Part shown: positions 1 to 11,490 of the stretch, in pieces
Layout of the letters: the number at the start of each line of letters is the position of its first letter
Numbering within the stretch: the first letter of the stretch is position 1
From: Coriobacteriales bacterium
GTDB lineage: Bacteria > Actinomycetota > Coriobacteriia > Coriobacteriales > RUG844
NCBI GenBank assembly: GCA_017434185.1
Contig: JAFRFV010000138.1
Location: 1-56,400, forward strand
Length of the DNA: 56,400 nt
Direction: 5' to 3'
Translations under genes and position numbers: made by a program
Notes under the pieces: model-generated
What the model was told of the DNA's origin: nothing
Databases searched by the model: none
What the model saw: the letters and a program-made list of their open reading frames with translations, nothing else

Positions 1-212
1 AGCATCGGGATGCCGATGGCGACGAGCGCCGTACCAGCGACGATGTTGATAGCGCGCCCCAGAAAGCCGCGCACGCGCGTCTCGACGGAAGGCTCGGGAG
101 TGGGGGAAGCGGGCTTGGCGGACACATACTCGAAGACGGAGGAGTGCTGCGCAGGGGCGTCGCTCCAGTCGTCAGAGGTGGTGTGGATGTGGATGGTCTT
201 GTTGTCGGTCAT
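1..212 (-). CDS. Partial CDS (N-terminus only), probable small membrane protein
   Basis: ATG at 212 with AGGAG upstream; reads MTDNKTIHIHTTSDDW...FLGRAINIVAGTALVAIGIPM, running off the window edge into a hydrophobic segment. Confidence 0.6.
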   Translation of the reverse strand, partial: MTDNKTIHIHTTSDDWSDAPAQHSSVFEYVSAKPASPTPEPSVETRVRGFLGRAINIVAGTALVAIGIPM

Positions 213-470
213 GATGATCAGCTCCTATCTGCCAAGCATCATAGGGAATCGCGCGGGGGGCGACGGCGCGCCGGTGACATGCCGTCACCATGCGACAACG
301 TGCCGTTACGAACGGCGGGGATCATGGGGATAAGCGCTGCACTGCGCTCGCAACACACACAAAGTTCCGCTGGATGCCGCAGGAGCCCCGTCCAGACGAA
401 TCGTGTGTGTGCGAGGGGGATAAGCGCTGTGCACGCACGACCGCAAGCGGGAGCAGCGCGTCCCTCGCAC

Positions 471-508
471 AAAAAAGACGCTCCTTCGAGGCATCACGAA
501 GGAGCGTC
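471..508 (-). terminator. Intrinsic terminator downstream of purC
   Basis: 12-bp stem GACGCTCCTTCG/CGAAGGAGCGTC with A6 on + (U-tract on -). Confidence 0.8.
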
Positions 509-535
509 CCTGCTTGCGGCGGTGGTACGAGCGGC

Positions 536-1219
536 TTACGCGAAGAAGAGCTCGTTGAGCTCGAGCGGCTGGATGTAGACGCCGTCCTTGTAGACGCGCA
601 TGTTACCGGAAGCGATCTCGTCGATGAGCATGACGTCGCCGTTGGCGTCGTAGCCGAACTCGAACTTGATGTCGTACAGGTCCAGACCCTTGGCGGCCAT
701 GTCGTCAGCCACGAGCTTGGTGATCTTCTGGGTGAGCTTGACGATGGCGTCGTACTGCTCGCCGCTCATGATACCCAGCACGATCAGGCCGTCCTTGGTG
801 ACCAGCGGATCGCCCTTGGCGTCGTCCTTGAAGGTGGTCTCCACATAGTAGGGCAGGTCAGCGGCCTCCTCGATGTAGTCGCTGTAGCGGCGATAGAAGG
901 AACCGACGGCCTTGCGGCGGCAGATGACCTCCAGGCCCTTGCCAAAGGTCTTGGCGGGCTTGACCTCCATGGTGGTGTCATCCAGGTTGGCGGCCACGAA
1001 GTGATTGGGGATGCCGGCCTCGTTGATCTTGTCGAAGTAGTACTGGGTCATACGCAGGTTGATGTTGCCAACGCCCTCGATGGTCAGACCGATGGTGTTC
1101 ATGCCGGGGTCGAAGACGCCGTCGGCACCGGTGCAGTCATCCTTGAAAGCGAGCAGGTAATTGCCATTGTCGAGTGCGAAGACGTTCTTGGTCTTGCCCG
1201 TGTAAACCAGTTTCTTCAT
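536..1219 (-). CDS. purC: SAICAR synthetase
   Basis: [38 protein letters not shown] motifs; start moved to the ATG at 1219 after a GGAAGG RBS. Confidence 0.95.
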   Translation of the reverse strand: MKKLVYTGKTKNVFALDNGNYLLAFKDDCTGADGVFDPGMNTIGLTIEGVGNINLRMTQYYFDKINEAGIPNHFVAANLDDTTMEVKPAKTFGKGLEVICRRKAVGSFYRRYSDYIEEAADLPYYVETTFKDDAKGDPLVTKDGLIVLGIMSGEQYDAIVKLTQKITKLVADDMAAKGLDLYDIKFEFGYDANGDVMLIDEIASGNMRVYKDGVYIQPLELNELFFA

Positions 1220-1272
1220 GTAGCGACCCTTCCCTTGTTCGAACGTGGAACCCGAAGTCTGTACGATAGCGC

Positions 1273-1304
1273 AAAAAGCGACCCCGCGGGGTTTCCGCGG
1301 GGTC
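1273..1304 (-). terminator. Intrinsic terminator downstream of purH
   Basis: GACCCCGCGG/CCGCGGGGTC stem with A5 on +. Confidence 0.7.
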
Positions 1305-1315
1305 AGCGACAACAT

Positions 1316-2896
<1,581 letters not shown>

Positions 2897-2926
2897 GAGC
2901 CACTCCTTTTCTTGAGGCTGTTGAAC

Positions 2927-3550
2927 CTACGATAGCACCTGTACCACGCTGCGCCCCGCGTCGTTCACGGTCACGCGTACGCGATCCTCGGCGATCCACT
3001 GCAGCACCTGGGGATACAGCTTGTGCTCCACCTTGTGCATGGCGGCTTCGAAGTCCTCGAAGGACATGCCCGGCTCGATACGCACGGGCTCCTGGGCGAT
3101 GATGGGCCCACGGTCGTATTCGGCGTTGGCGAAGTGCACGGTGATGCCGCTCACCTTGACGCCGTGGTTCCACGCGTCCTGCATGGCGTGCGCGCCCACG
3201 AAACTGGGCAGCAGCGCGGGATGGATGTTGATCACGCGAGTGGGGAAGGCGTCCAGGATGTTGGCGCCCACCTTGCGCATGTAACCGGCCATGACCACGT
3301 AGTCCACGTCGTGGTTGCGCATGGCCATGGCGATCACGGCGTCGGCCAGGTCCGGTTCCGCGTAGGCTTCGCGCGTCATGTTCATCGTGGGGATAAGCGC
3401 TTCGCGTGCCCGCACCAGCCCATAGGCCTCGGGCTTGCTGGCGATCACGATCTGCACGCTGGCGTCCAGGGTGCCCGCCGCGATGGCGTCGATGATGGCC
3501 TGTAGGTTGGTCCCACTGCCGCTGATGAGAACGCCCAGCTTGATGGTCAT
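2927..3550 (-). CDS. purN: Phosphoribosylglycinamide formyltransferase
   Basis: VLISGSGTNLQA, AGYMR, INIHPALLP, GITVH, DRGPII motifs. Confidence 0.97.
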   Translation of the reverse strand: MTIKLGVLISGSGTNLQAIIDAIAAGTLDASVQIVIASKPEAYGLVRAREALIPTMNMTREAYAEPDLADAVIAMAMRNHDVDYVVMAGYMRKVGANILDAFPTRVINIHPALLPSFVGAHAMQDAWNHGVKVSGITVHFANAEYDRGPIIAQEPVRIEPGMSFEDFEAAMHKVEHKLYPQVLQWIAEDRVRVTVNDAGRSVVQVLS

Positions 3551-4608
3551 GCGTACACCACTTTACCCTTCGCGGCTGGGCCTTCGTCACTCGCGACGAT
3601 ACGACCCACCGTGTACACCTTCTCTCCGGCGGATTCCAGCTTCGCGGCGATGGCGGCTGCGGCATCCGGCGGGCAGATCACGCACAGGCCGATGCCCATG
3701 TTGAAGGTCTTGAGTGCCTGCTCCTGCGAGAGCGCCGCAGCGCTTATCACCTTGTTGATGATGGGCAGCACGGGCCAGCTGCCCAGTTGCACCTGCGCAT
3801 CGAGGCCGGCGGGCAGAGCGCGGTCCAGATTCTCGGTGATGCCACCACCGGTGATGTGCGCGAGCGAGTGCACAGGAAGCCCGGCCGCGAGCACATCGAG
3901 CACGCTGCGCACGTAGATGCGGGTGGGTGCCAGCAGCGCCTCGCCCAAGCTGCGGCCGTCCAAGTCGTCGCAGGGCGCGAGCAGCTGCTCGTTCGTGAGC
4001 TTGTCCGTTAGTGCGCGGCGCACCAGGCTGAAGCCGTTGCTGTGGATGCCGGTGGAGGCGCAGCCCAGGATCACATCGCCCTCGCGCACATTGGCGGGGT
4101 CGAGCATCTTGGGGCGATCCACCACGCCCACGCAGAAACCGGAGAGGTCGTAGTCGTCCGGGTCCATGACTCCGGGGTGCTCCGCCATCTCTCCGCCGAT
4201 GAGCGAGCAACCCGCCTGACGGCAGCCTTCGGCGATACCGGCCACGATGCGCGCCACGTGCTCCGCACGCAGCTTACCTATGGCGACGTAGTCCAGGAAG
4301 AACAGCGGCTCGGCACCGCAGGCCAGGATGTCGTTGGCGCACATGGCCACCAGGTCGATGCCCACCGTGTCGTGCATGTCCAGACGCTGGGCGAGTGCGA
4401 GCTTGGTGCCCACGCCGTCGGTACCGGACACCAGCAGCGGATCCGCCATGTCCTTGGCGGCGGCGATGGAGAACAGGCCTCCGAAACCACCGATGTCACC
4501 CACGACTTCGGGTCGATAGGTCGACTTGACCGCGGCGCGGATCGCACCCACCGCTCGGGCGCCCTCGCTGGTATCGACTCCGGCGTCCTTGTAGGTGAGC
4601 TCTGCCAT
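3547..4608 (-). CDS. purM: AIR synthase
   Basis: TYKDAGVD, GTDGVGTK, GGEMAEHPG, HSNGFSL, AHITGGG, TFNMGIG; start MAELTY with AAGGAG RBS. Confidence 0.97.
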   Translation of the reverse strand: MAELTYKDAGVDTSEGARAVGAIRAAVKSTYRPEVVGDIGGFGGLFSIAAAKDMADPLLVSGTDGVGTKLALAQRLDMHDTVGIDLVAMCANDILACGAEPLFFLDYVAIGKLRAEHVARIVAGIAEGCRQAGCSLIGGEMAEHPGVMDPDDYDLSGFCVGVVDRPKMLDPANVREGDVILGCASTGIHSNGFSLVRRALTDKLTNEQLLAPCDDLDGRSLGEALLAPTRIYVRSVLDVLAAGLPVHSLAHITGGGITENLDRALPAGLDAQVQLGSWPVLPIINKVISAAALSQEQALKTFNMGIGLCVICPPDAAAAIAAKLESAGEKVYTVGRIVASDEGPAAKGKVVYA

Positions 4609-4651
4609 GTGTGTCTCCTTGTCTCGTCGCTTATCCCCGGGAAGGGGCCGT

Positions 4652-5620
4652 CTACTTGATGACGTTGCCCTGCGCGTCAACCTCGACCGCCTGCACCAAC
4701 ATGCGCGCAGCGGTGTACTGATAATCGCAGGTGATGAAGCTGTACAGATGCTTGGCGCCGCTCACATCCACCCCTATATCGCGGCAGGACTTCTGCTGCG
4801 CACGGGCGATGTAATCCTTCAGGCGGTTGTCGTTGTCGAAGTAGGTGCGTCGCATCTCGCCCGAGCTGCGCTCGGTGTAGGCGCTGAAGATGAGCAGGCG
4901 ATGCGTCACGTTGTCGGGCGTGACCAGATAGATGTAGGGATGCTGGTCCCAGAAATCGCCCTCGGGGTATTTGAGCAGGCAGCGGAACATGCTGCCGTCC
5001 TGCATGCTGTGGCCGTAGATGATGCTGTGCAGGTCGCTGAAGTCGCGCTTGGAGTCGCAATCCATGTAGATGGCGCCCGATCGGGACGACTTGCCGTTGG
5101 CGTCACGATACAGGTAGTAGTCGTTGTCGGATGCCTGCACGATGGGGTAACTCACCTTGGTGTCGGGGATGTAGATCCAGCCCACGATGTTGGGAGAGAC
5201 CTTCCTGAGAGCATCCCAGTCGATGGTGATGTGGGGGATCTCGTCGGTGCCCTCCGCGACATCCATGGTGATGGTCACGTCGGCCTGCTTCTCGATATTG
5301 CTGTAGGTCTGACGTGCGGATATGTAGCCCCAGCCGTAATACGCCAAGCCACCGATGCCCGCCACGGCGGCGACGATGCAGATGATCAGGACGATGCGGG
5401 TGATAAGCCCTTTGGGAAGCGGCTTCTTCTGCTTGGGCTCCTTGGGTTCCTTGGCGGCCTTGGGCTTCTTGACCAGGGCGGTTCCAGCGGAATGGGCGCC
5501 AGCGGTGAGTTGCTTGGGTGCCTTGGAGGAGTGCGCACCGCCACTGGCCGCACCGCCGGCTGACTTGCTGTGTGCGCCAGCGCTGTGCGCGCCGCTGCGC
5601 TTGGGTTTCTTGTCTGCCAT
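4652..5620 (-). CDS. srtB: Class B sortase
   Basis: N-terminal TM anchor; GWIYIPDTKVSYPIVQ, DNDYYL, IYGH, FITC...R catalytic signature. Confidence 0.88.
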   Translation of the reverse strand: MADKKPKRSGAHSAGAHSKSAGGAASGGAHSSKAPKQLTAGAHSAGTALVKKPKAAKEPKEPKQKKPLPKGLITRIVLIICIVAAVAGIGGLAYYGWGYISARQTYSNIEKQADVTITMDVAEGTDEIPHITIDWDALRKVSPNIVGWIYIPDTKVSYPIVQASDNDYYLYRDANGKSSRSGAIYMDCDSKRDFSDLHSIIYGHSMQDGSMFRCLLKYPEGDFWDQHPYIYLVTPDNVTHRLLIFSAYTERSSGEMRRTYFDNDNRLKDYIARAQQKSCRDIGVDVSGAKHLYSFITCDYQYTAARMLVQAVEVDAQGNVIK

Positions 5621-5720
5621 CGAGGTCTCCTTCCAATGGCCGACGGATGGCTTGAGCGAACGTTAACAGTATAAGGGCTTCGAACTGCTGCGACCACGGC
5701 GCGCGACTCAAGGCCGCAGA

Positions 5721-5755
5721 AAACACAAGCGCCCCGCAGAGGACTGCAGGGGCAC
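5721..5755 (-). terminator. Probable terminator after the 36-aa ORF
   Basis: GCCCC-GCAG/CTGC-AGGGGC hairpin followed on - by a U-rich run. Confidence 0.5.
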
Positions 5756-5783
5756 CTGGTTGATCATCAGTGGTGCGGACTCA

Positions 5784-5894
5784 CTACTTCTTCTTCATCT
5801 CGTCGATGAAGCCCTTGGCGACGAAGACGGCGACGATGACGAGGATGGCAGCGCCCACGATCAGGCCGACAGTCAAAGCATGCTCTCCGAACAT
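5784..5894 (-). CDS. 36-aa single-TM small protein (not in ORF track)
   Basis: MFGEHALTVGLIVGAAILVIVAVFVAKGFIDEMKKK*; AAAGGAG RBS, GC3-rich codons, downstream hairpin. Confidence 0.75.
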   Translation of the reverse strand: MFGEHALTVGLIVGAAILVIVAVFVAKGFIDEMKKK

Positions 5895-5993
5895 GAACAA
5901 CTCCTTTGCTCACGAACTACACCGGGTTTCGCACTCCCGGTGATGGTTACGATTACATTCCCTGCACCGACCATTCTATACGATGCGTGCACG

Positions 5994-6166
5994 TTCGTGG
6001 ATGGATATTCACCCAACGAATGGAAAACATCTGCGAAGCGGGGCTGGTCACGATTCACGCTCGTGGGGTTGTGGGATGGTCATTCTTGCGCCTCGTGGGG
6101 TTGTGCAACCCCATATCCTCGATTTCTGACCACGCTACAACCCCACGTGGTACGAAAATGACCACA
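5994..6166. repeat. Intergenic REP-like palindromic repeat cluster
   Basis: TCGTGGGGTTGTG at 6061 and 6093; inverted TGACCACGCTACAACCCCACG at 6127-6147; extra hairpin at 5994-6020. Confidence 0.6.
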
Positions 6167-6216
6167 CGGTAGGTATAGAACGGCCGCACTAACGGCGATG
6201 GGGCCGCGCTTATCCC

Positions 6217-7203
6217 CTACTTGCCGGGGTAGCCAAGCTTGAGCGCGTTCACGAAACGGTTCCCGCCCTCGACGTAGTGGAAGCCCGGCAGCTTGCCGCA
6301 GTTCATGAGCGCAAGACCCAGGTTGAGAGCGCGCTTGGGGCTCACCTTGACGGCGTCGGCCAGCTCCTGGGCGCTGATCTGATCGTGGGGGATGATGGCG
6401 TTGACGCAGTCCTTGAGCAGGATCATGCGGCGGATGATCAGGATGCAGCTCGCGATGCCCAGCGCAGCGACCACGATGAAGACGGCCAGCAGGATTCCGC
6501 GGGCCACCGGGTCAACGATGAGGCCCTTGCCCATGAGCACACCCACCACGATAGCACCGATCGTGCCGATGGCACCGAAGATGAGGCAGGTGGCGGCGAG
6601 CGCCCTGAGCTCGTCGTTGTCGGCGGAGCCGAACCACGCGTGCTTGCGCTTCACGATGTACTGGCGGTTGGGCGGATAGCCCTGGTAGGGAGGCCGCCCG
6701 TCGGTGAAGGCGATGCGGTAGTTGTCCAGGTCGAGCACGCAGTCCTTGAGCTTGCGCTTGTTGATCATGTGGCGCAGCTCGTTGATGCAGGTGGCATCGG
6801 AGACCTTGGTCTTGCTGGCGATGTCGGCGATGTTGGTGTAGAAGCCCTCGGCGATGATGAGCTGGTAGAGCGCCTCGCGCTCGAGCGCATTGCGGGTGCG
6901 ACGGGAACCGGCAAGCAGCGTGATGCCAAAGATGATGCCCACGACCAGCGGAATGAGCGCCATGAGGGGCGAGCGACCCGTCTCGGCCGCGCTGGGCACA
7001 TAGCGCAGCACCAGATAGATGACGACGGCGGCGAGCACGCCTACGGTTATGAAGGATAAGCCCAGCCACTTGAGCACACCGGCCTTGCCGGAATCGACCT
7101 GCGGCGCAGGGGCATGACTGCGAGCGGGCGGCATACCCGGAGGAGGCGCGAGCGGCGCCGGAGGCATGGGTACCAATGGTTGCTGCTGATCCTGCTGTGA
7201 CAT
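6217..7203 (-). CDS. Membrane protein with two (2xTM + winged-helix-like) units
   Basis: Pro-rich N-terminus, four hydrophobic helices, HTH-like segments IADIASKTKVS and AQELADAVKVS. Confidence 0.75.
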   Translation of the reverse strand: MSQQDQQQPLVPMPPAPLAPPPGMPPARSHAPAPQVDSGKAGVLKWLGLSFITVGVLAAVVIYLVLRYVPSAAETGRSPLMALIPLVVGIIFGITLLAGSRRTRNALEREALYQLIIAEGFYTNIADIASKTKVSDATCINELRHMINKRKLKDCVLDLDNYRIAFTDGRPPYQGYPPNRQYIVKRKHAWFGSADNDELRALAATCLIFGAIGTIGAIVVGVLMGKGLIVDPVARGILLAVFIVVAALGIASCILIIRRMILLKDCVNAIIPHDQISAQELADAVKVSPKRALNLGLALMNCGKLPGFHYVEGGNRFVNALKLGYPGK

Positions 7204-7217
7204 GGGGGCTCCTTCCG

Positions 7218-8537
7218 TCACGAGAGCTGTCCGAGCACCCCCACGATGCGGCCAACACTCACAGCATCCCTGCCGATGGGCGTGCCGTCCGCCAGCACGT
7301 GGCCGGGGGCGATCTCCATGAAGGGCATCATAACAAAGTCGCGCTCCAACTGCTTGGGGTGCGGCAAGGTCAATACCGGGTCGTTACTTGTGACGCCCTG
7401 GTAGTCCAGGATGTCCAGATCGAGAGGGCGCGGAGCATTGCGGAAGCTGCGGCGGCGGCCGGCCTGGTATTCGAAACCCTGCAGCTCCTGCAGCAGCACA
7501 CGGGGGTGCAGCCGGGTCCGGACGGCGATGACCGCGTTACCAAAGCTCGCTTGGTCAAGATAGTACGCCGGCTCGCTCTCGTAGACCTGCGAGACGGCGG
7601 TGACCTGCGTGAACGGGAGCTCACGGATGCAGTCGACCGCATCCTGCAGCGCCTGCACGCGGTCGGGGACGCTGTTGCAGCCGAGCGCGATGTACGCGGT
7701 CGCGGCGGGCTGCCGAAGCGAAGCGAGCGCCTGCGCATGTTGGGCGACGTCGTGCACGCGCAACACGCTGGCGCCCTTCGCAGCACCACGCATCGCCGCG
7801 GCGACGCTGCTCCAGATGCGTGTGGCAGGTTCGGGCTGGCCATAGTACGTGCCCAGGAATGTCTTGCGAGATACCGCCAGCATGACCGGATAGCCGGTGG
7901 CGGCGAGCCCATCGAGGTGCTCGAGCAATTCGAGGTTCTGCTGGTAGGTCTTACCGAAGCCGGGGCCGGGATCGATGCAGATGCGTTCGCGCGCCACGCC
8001 CGCAGCTTCCAGCAGCGCGGCCTGTTGCAGCAAGTAGTCACGCACGTCAGCCACAACGCCGGCTTCGCTGTAGCAGGGTGCCTGCTGCATGGTGGCGGGC
8101 TCGCCCAGCATATGCATGACCACCAGGCCCGCATCACAGCCGGCCGCGACCTCGCGCATCGCGGGGTCGCGGAAGCCGCTGACGTCGTTGATGATGTGCG
8201 CGCCCGCCTGCACGCACGCGCGCGCCACGCTCGCGTGACGTGTGTCGATGGAGATGAGTGGCGATGTGGAAGGACTCAGGGCGCGCACCACGGGCAACAC
8301 GCGGGCGAGTTCCTCCTGCTCGGTCACGGGTGCGGCACCCGGACGCGTGGACTCGCCGCCTACGTCGATGATGTCCGCACCCTGCTCGATCATGAGCCTG
8401 GCATGCGCGAGCGCCGCTTCAGGAGCGTCGTGCTCTCCCCCGTCGCTGAAACTGTCCGGGGTCACGTTGAGGATGCCCATGATGAGGGGCTTATCCGCTG
8501 GAATCTCCAGGGTATGCGGGCCGCACTGCCAGATCAT
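7218..8537 (-). CDS. folP: Dihydropteroate synthase fused to C-terminal HPPK (FolP-FolK)
   Basis: MGILNVTPDSFSDGG, DVGGESTRPG, DPGPGFGK, SRK, LRVHDV; then YIALGCN, YESEP, PRPLDLDIL, LPHP. Confidence 0.93.
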   Translation of the reverse strand: MIWQCGPHTLEIPADKPLIMGILNVTPDSFSDGGEHDAPEAALAHARLMIEQGADIIDVGGESTRPGAAPVTEQEELARVLPVVRALSPSTSPLISIDTRHASVARACVQAGAHIINDVSGFRDPAMREVAAGCDAGLVVMHMLGEPATMQQAPCYSEAGVVADVRDYLLQQAALLEAAGVARERICIDPGPGFGKTYQQNLELLEHLDGLAATGYPVMLAVSRKTFLGTYYGQPEPATRIWSSVAAAMRGAAKGASVLRVHDVAQHAQALASLRQPAATAYIALGCNSVPDRVQALQDAVDCIRELPFTQVTAVSQVYESEPAYYLDQASFGNAVIAVRTRLHPRVLLQELQGFEYQAGRRRSFRNAPRPLDLDILDYQGVTSNDPVLTLPHPKQLERDFVMMPFMEIAPGHVLADGTPIGRDAVSVGRIVGVLGQLS

Positions 8538-8564
8538 GGCGTCAGCGCTCCTTTTGCGCGCGGC

Positions 8565-9131
8565 CTAGTGGAAGAACAGCTTGACGGCCTCGTCGCGAGT
8601 GGCGTGGCTGCTCTCGAAGATGCCGCGCACAGCGGATGTGGTGGTCTTGGAGCCGGGCTTCTTGACGCCGCGCATGGTCATGCACATGTGCTCGGCCTCG
8701 ATGACGACCATGCAGCCCATGGGCTCGAGCATCTCCACCAGGGTGTCGGCGATCTGGCTGGTGAGGCGTTCCTGCACCTGCGGACGGCGGGCATAGAGGT
8801 CAACCAGACGGGCGAGCTTGCTGATGCCGCAGATCTTGCCGCTCTTGCCGGGGATGTAGGCGATGTGCGCCACACCGTAGAAGGGCGCCAGATGGTGCTC
8901 GCACAGGGAGTACATGGGAATGTCGCGCACGACCACCATCTCGCGGTGATTCTCGTCGAAGAGCGTCTCGAACAGGGGCTCGGGCTTCTGCTCCAGGCCG
9001 GCGCAGATCTCCTGGTACATGCGGGCGACGCGCTCCGGGGTCTTGAGCAGACCCTCGCGATCGGGGTCCTCGCCGATGCCCTCCAGGATCAGGCGAACGC
9101 CCTGCGCTATCTTGTCGTGGTCCATGGCCAT
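8565..9131 (-). CDS. folE: GTP cyclohydrolase I
   Basis: [39 protein letters not shown]. Confidence 0.97.
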   Translation of the reverse strand: MAMDHDKIAQGVRLILEGIGEDPDREGLLKTPERVARMYQEICAGLEQKPEPLFETLFDENHREMVVVRDIPMYSLCEHHLAPFYGVAHIAYIPGKSGKICGISKLARLVDLYARRPQVQERLTSQIADTLVEMLEPMGCMVVIEAEHMCMTMRGVKKPGSKTTTSAVRGIFESSHATRDEAVKLFFH

Positions 9132-9146
9132 GTTCGTGCCTCCCTT

Positions 9147-10067
9147 CTAGACGACACCCTGGGACAGATCGTAGGGCGTGGTCTGGTAGACATAATAGTT
9201 GAGCCAGTTGGTGTAGAGCAACTGCGCGTGCGCCCTCCAGGTGGAAAGGGGCTCACGCGTGGGGTCGTCATCGGGGAAGTAGTTGGCGGGAACGTCCGGG
9301 TCGATGCCCTTATCCACATCGCGGACGTATTCGCGCTTGAGGGTGTCGGGGTCGTACTCCGGATGCCCGAACACGAAGAAGTGGCGCGAGTCGTCGCTCT
9401 TGGCAAGGTAGACGCCGGCTTCCGGGGATGCGGCGATGATCTCGAGCAGCGGGTGGTTCTGGATGTCGGTGGCCAGGACCTCGGTGTAGCGGGAGTGCGG
9501 TGCCATGAAGAGGTCGTCGAAGCCGCGCACCCACGGCGAACTGGGCTTGACCACCCAGTGACGGAAGACGCCGGACACCTTGTGGTCGAGCTCGTGTTTG
9601 TTGATGCCGTAGTGGTAGTAGATGCCCGCCTGCGCGCCCCAGCAGATGTGCAGCACGGAGTGGACGTTGGTCTTGGACCACTCCATGACCTGCTTGAGTT
9701 CGTCCCAGTAGTCGACCTGCTCGAAGTCGAGCAGCTCCACGGGCGCACCGGTGATGATCATGCCGTCGAAGCGCTCGTTACGCACCTGGTCGAAGGTGCG
9801 GTAGAAGGTCTCCAGATGCTGCTCGCTCACGTTGCGGGACTCGTGCGTGGCCATGTGCAGCAGCTCGACCTCGATCTGCAACGGCGTGTTGGACAGCTTG
9901 CGCAGGATCTGGGTCTCGGTGGCGATCTTGGTGGGCATGAGGTTCAGGAGCAGCACGCGCAGCGGACGGATGTCCTGATGCATGGCGCGGAACTCCGTCA
10001 TGACGAAGATGTTCTCGCTTTCGAGTATCTGGGTTGCCGGCAGTGAATCCGGTATCCTGATGGGCAT
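9147..10067 (-). CDS. metA: Homoserine O-acyltransferase (MetA family, probably acetyl-CoA specific)
   Basis: [14 protein letters not shown] (Glu at the specificity position), HICWGAQ, GHPEYD. Confidence 0.95.
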   Translation of the reverse strand: MPIRIPDSLPATQILESENIFVMTEFRAMHQDIRPLRVLLLNLMPTKIATETQILRKLSNTPLQIEVELLHMATHESRNVSEQHLETFYRTFDQVRNERFDGMIITGAPVELLDFEQVDYWDELKQVMEWSKTNVHSVLHICWGAQAGIYYHYGINKHELDHKVSGVFRHWVVKPSSPWVRGFDDLFMAPHSRYTEVLATDIQNHPLLEIIAASPEAGVYLAKSDDSRHFFVFGHPEYDPDTLKREYVRDVDKGIDPDVPANYFPDDDPTREPLSTWRAHAQLLYTNWLNYYVYQTTPYDLSQGVV

Positions 10068-10165
10068 CCGTGCACCTCCTAGCATCGACGCGCGCCGTTG
10101 ACGAGCGCTTATGGGTATGTGCTGCTATTATAATGATGGGAGACGGTTTGAGAGAGGAGTTTCTC

Positions 10166-11452
10166 ATGAGTGAGTCCATCGGCACAACCTGCGTGCAGGG
10201 CGGCTATCGTCCGAGCGACGGAGAGCCCCGCCAGCTGCCCATCTACCAATCCACCACCTGGAAGTACGACACGAGCGAGCACATGGGGCGCCTCTTCGAC
10301 CTGGAGGAGGCGGGCTACTTCTACACCCGTCTGCAGAATCCCACCAACGATGCCGTCGCGGCCAAGATCTGTGCGCTGGAAGGTGGTAGCGCGGCCATGC
10401 TCACAAGCAGCGGTCAGGCGGCCAACTTCTTCGCGCTGTTCAACATCATGAGTGCCGGCGACCACGTGGTGGCGAGCAGCGCCATCTACGGCGGCACCTT
10501 CAACCTGATCAAGCACACCATGGGCCGCATGGGCATCCAGAGCACATTCGTGTCGCCACACGCCACCCGCGAGGAGCTCGACGCCGCCTTCCAGGAGAAC
10601 ACCAAGTGCGTCTTTGGCGAGACGGTTGCAAACCCGGCGCTGGACGTGCTGGACATCGAGACCTTCGCCGCCGCCGCCCACGCGCACGGCGTACCGCTGA
10701 TCGTGGACAACACCTTCCCCACCCCCGTGAAGTGCCGGCCCTTCGAGTGGGGCGCCGACATCGTGACCCACTCCACCACCAAGTACATGGACGGCCACGG
10801 TGCCGCAGTGGGTGGCGCGATCGTGGATTCCGGGCACTTCGACTGGCTGGCACCCGGCGTGGCCGAACGCTTCCCGGGCCTGACCACGCCCGATGTGAGC
10901 TATCACGGTGTGGTGTATGCTGAGAAGTTCGGACTGGGTGGCGCGTTCATCACCAAGTGCACCGCGCAGCTGATGCGCGATTTCGGCTCGATCCAGTCGC
11001 CGCAGAACGCGTTCCTGCTCAACATGGGTCTCGAGTCGCTGCACCTGCGCATGGATCGCCACTGCGCCAACGGTCTCGAGATCGCCACATGGCTGGCCGC
11101 GCACCCCAAGGTGAGCTGGGTTCGGCACCCCTCGCTGCCGGGTGACGCCAACTACCAGCTGGCCTGCAAGTACCTGCCGCAGGGGAGCTGCGGCGTGGTG
11201 AGCTTTGGTGTGGCCGGCGGTCGCTCCGCCGCCGAGGAGTTCATGAAGCACCTGCGTGTGGCCGCGATCGAGACGCACGTGGCCGACGCGCGCAGCTGCA
11301 TCCTGCACCCCGCCAACGCCACGCATCGCCAGATGAACGACCAGGAGCTGGCCGACTGCGGCATCACGCCGGATCTGGTACGCCTGAGCTGCGGTATCGA
11401 GGATGCCAGCGACCTGATCGCGGATCTCGATCAGGCCCTGTCATTCGTGTAG
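10166..11452 (+). CDS. metY: O-acetylhomoserine aminocarboxypropyltransferase
   Basis: PIYQST, YTRLQNPT, SSGQAA, VDNTF, HSTTKYMDGHG (PLP Lys), VRLSCGIED; GAGGAG RBS, TATAAT at 10129. Confidence 0.93.
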   Translation: MSESIGTTCVQGGYRPSDGEPRQLPIYQSTTWKYDTSEHMGRLFDLEEAGYFYTRLQNPTNDAVAAKICALEGGSAAMLTSSGQAANFFALFNIMSAGDHVVASSAIYGGTFNLIKHTMGRMGIQSTFVSPHATREELDAAFQENTKCVFGETVANPALDVLDIETFAAAAHAHGVPLIVDNTFPTPVKCRPFEWGADIVTHSTTKYMDGHGAAVGGAIVDSGHFDWLAPGVAERFPGLTTPDVSYHGVVYAEKFGLGGAFITKCTAQLMRDFGSIQSPQNAFLLNMGLESLHLRMDRHCANGLEIATWLAAHPKVSWVRHPSLPGDANYQLACKYLPQGSCGVVSFGVAGGRSAAEEFMKHLRVAAIETHVADARSCILHPANATHRQMNDQELADCGITPDLVRLSCGIEDASDLIADLDQALSFV

Positions 11453-11490
11453 TCGCGAGGCGGGAGCCCGGGAGCGCGACGCTTATCCAC

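Noticed and set aside
2897-2926. ZTP or purine riboswitch before purH or the pur/fol genes
   Set aside because: Intergenic gaps are too short and no consensus was recognisable.
4652-5620. Sortase B as anchor for the two large secreted proteins
   Set aside because: Both end in catalytic domains without a sorting motif, TM segment and basic tail; no substrate seen in the window.
7176-10046. 956-aa plus-strand ORF
   Set aside because: Antisense to folP, folE and metA, which are clearly the real genes.
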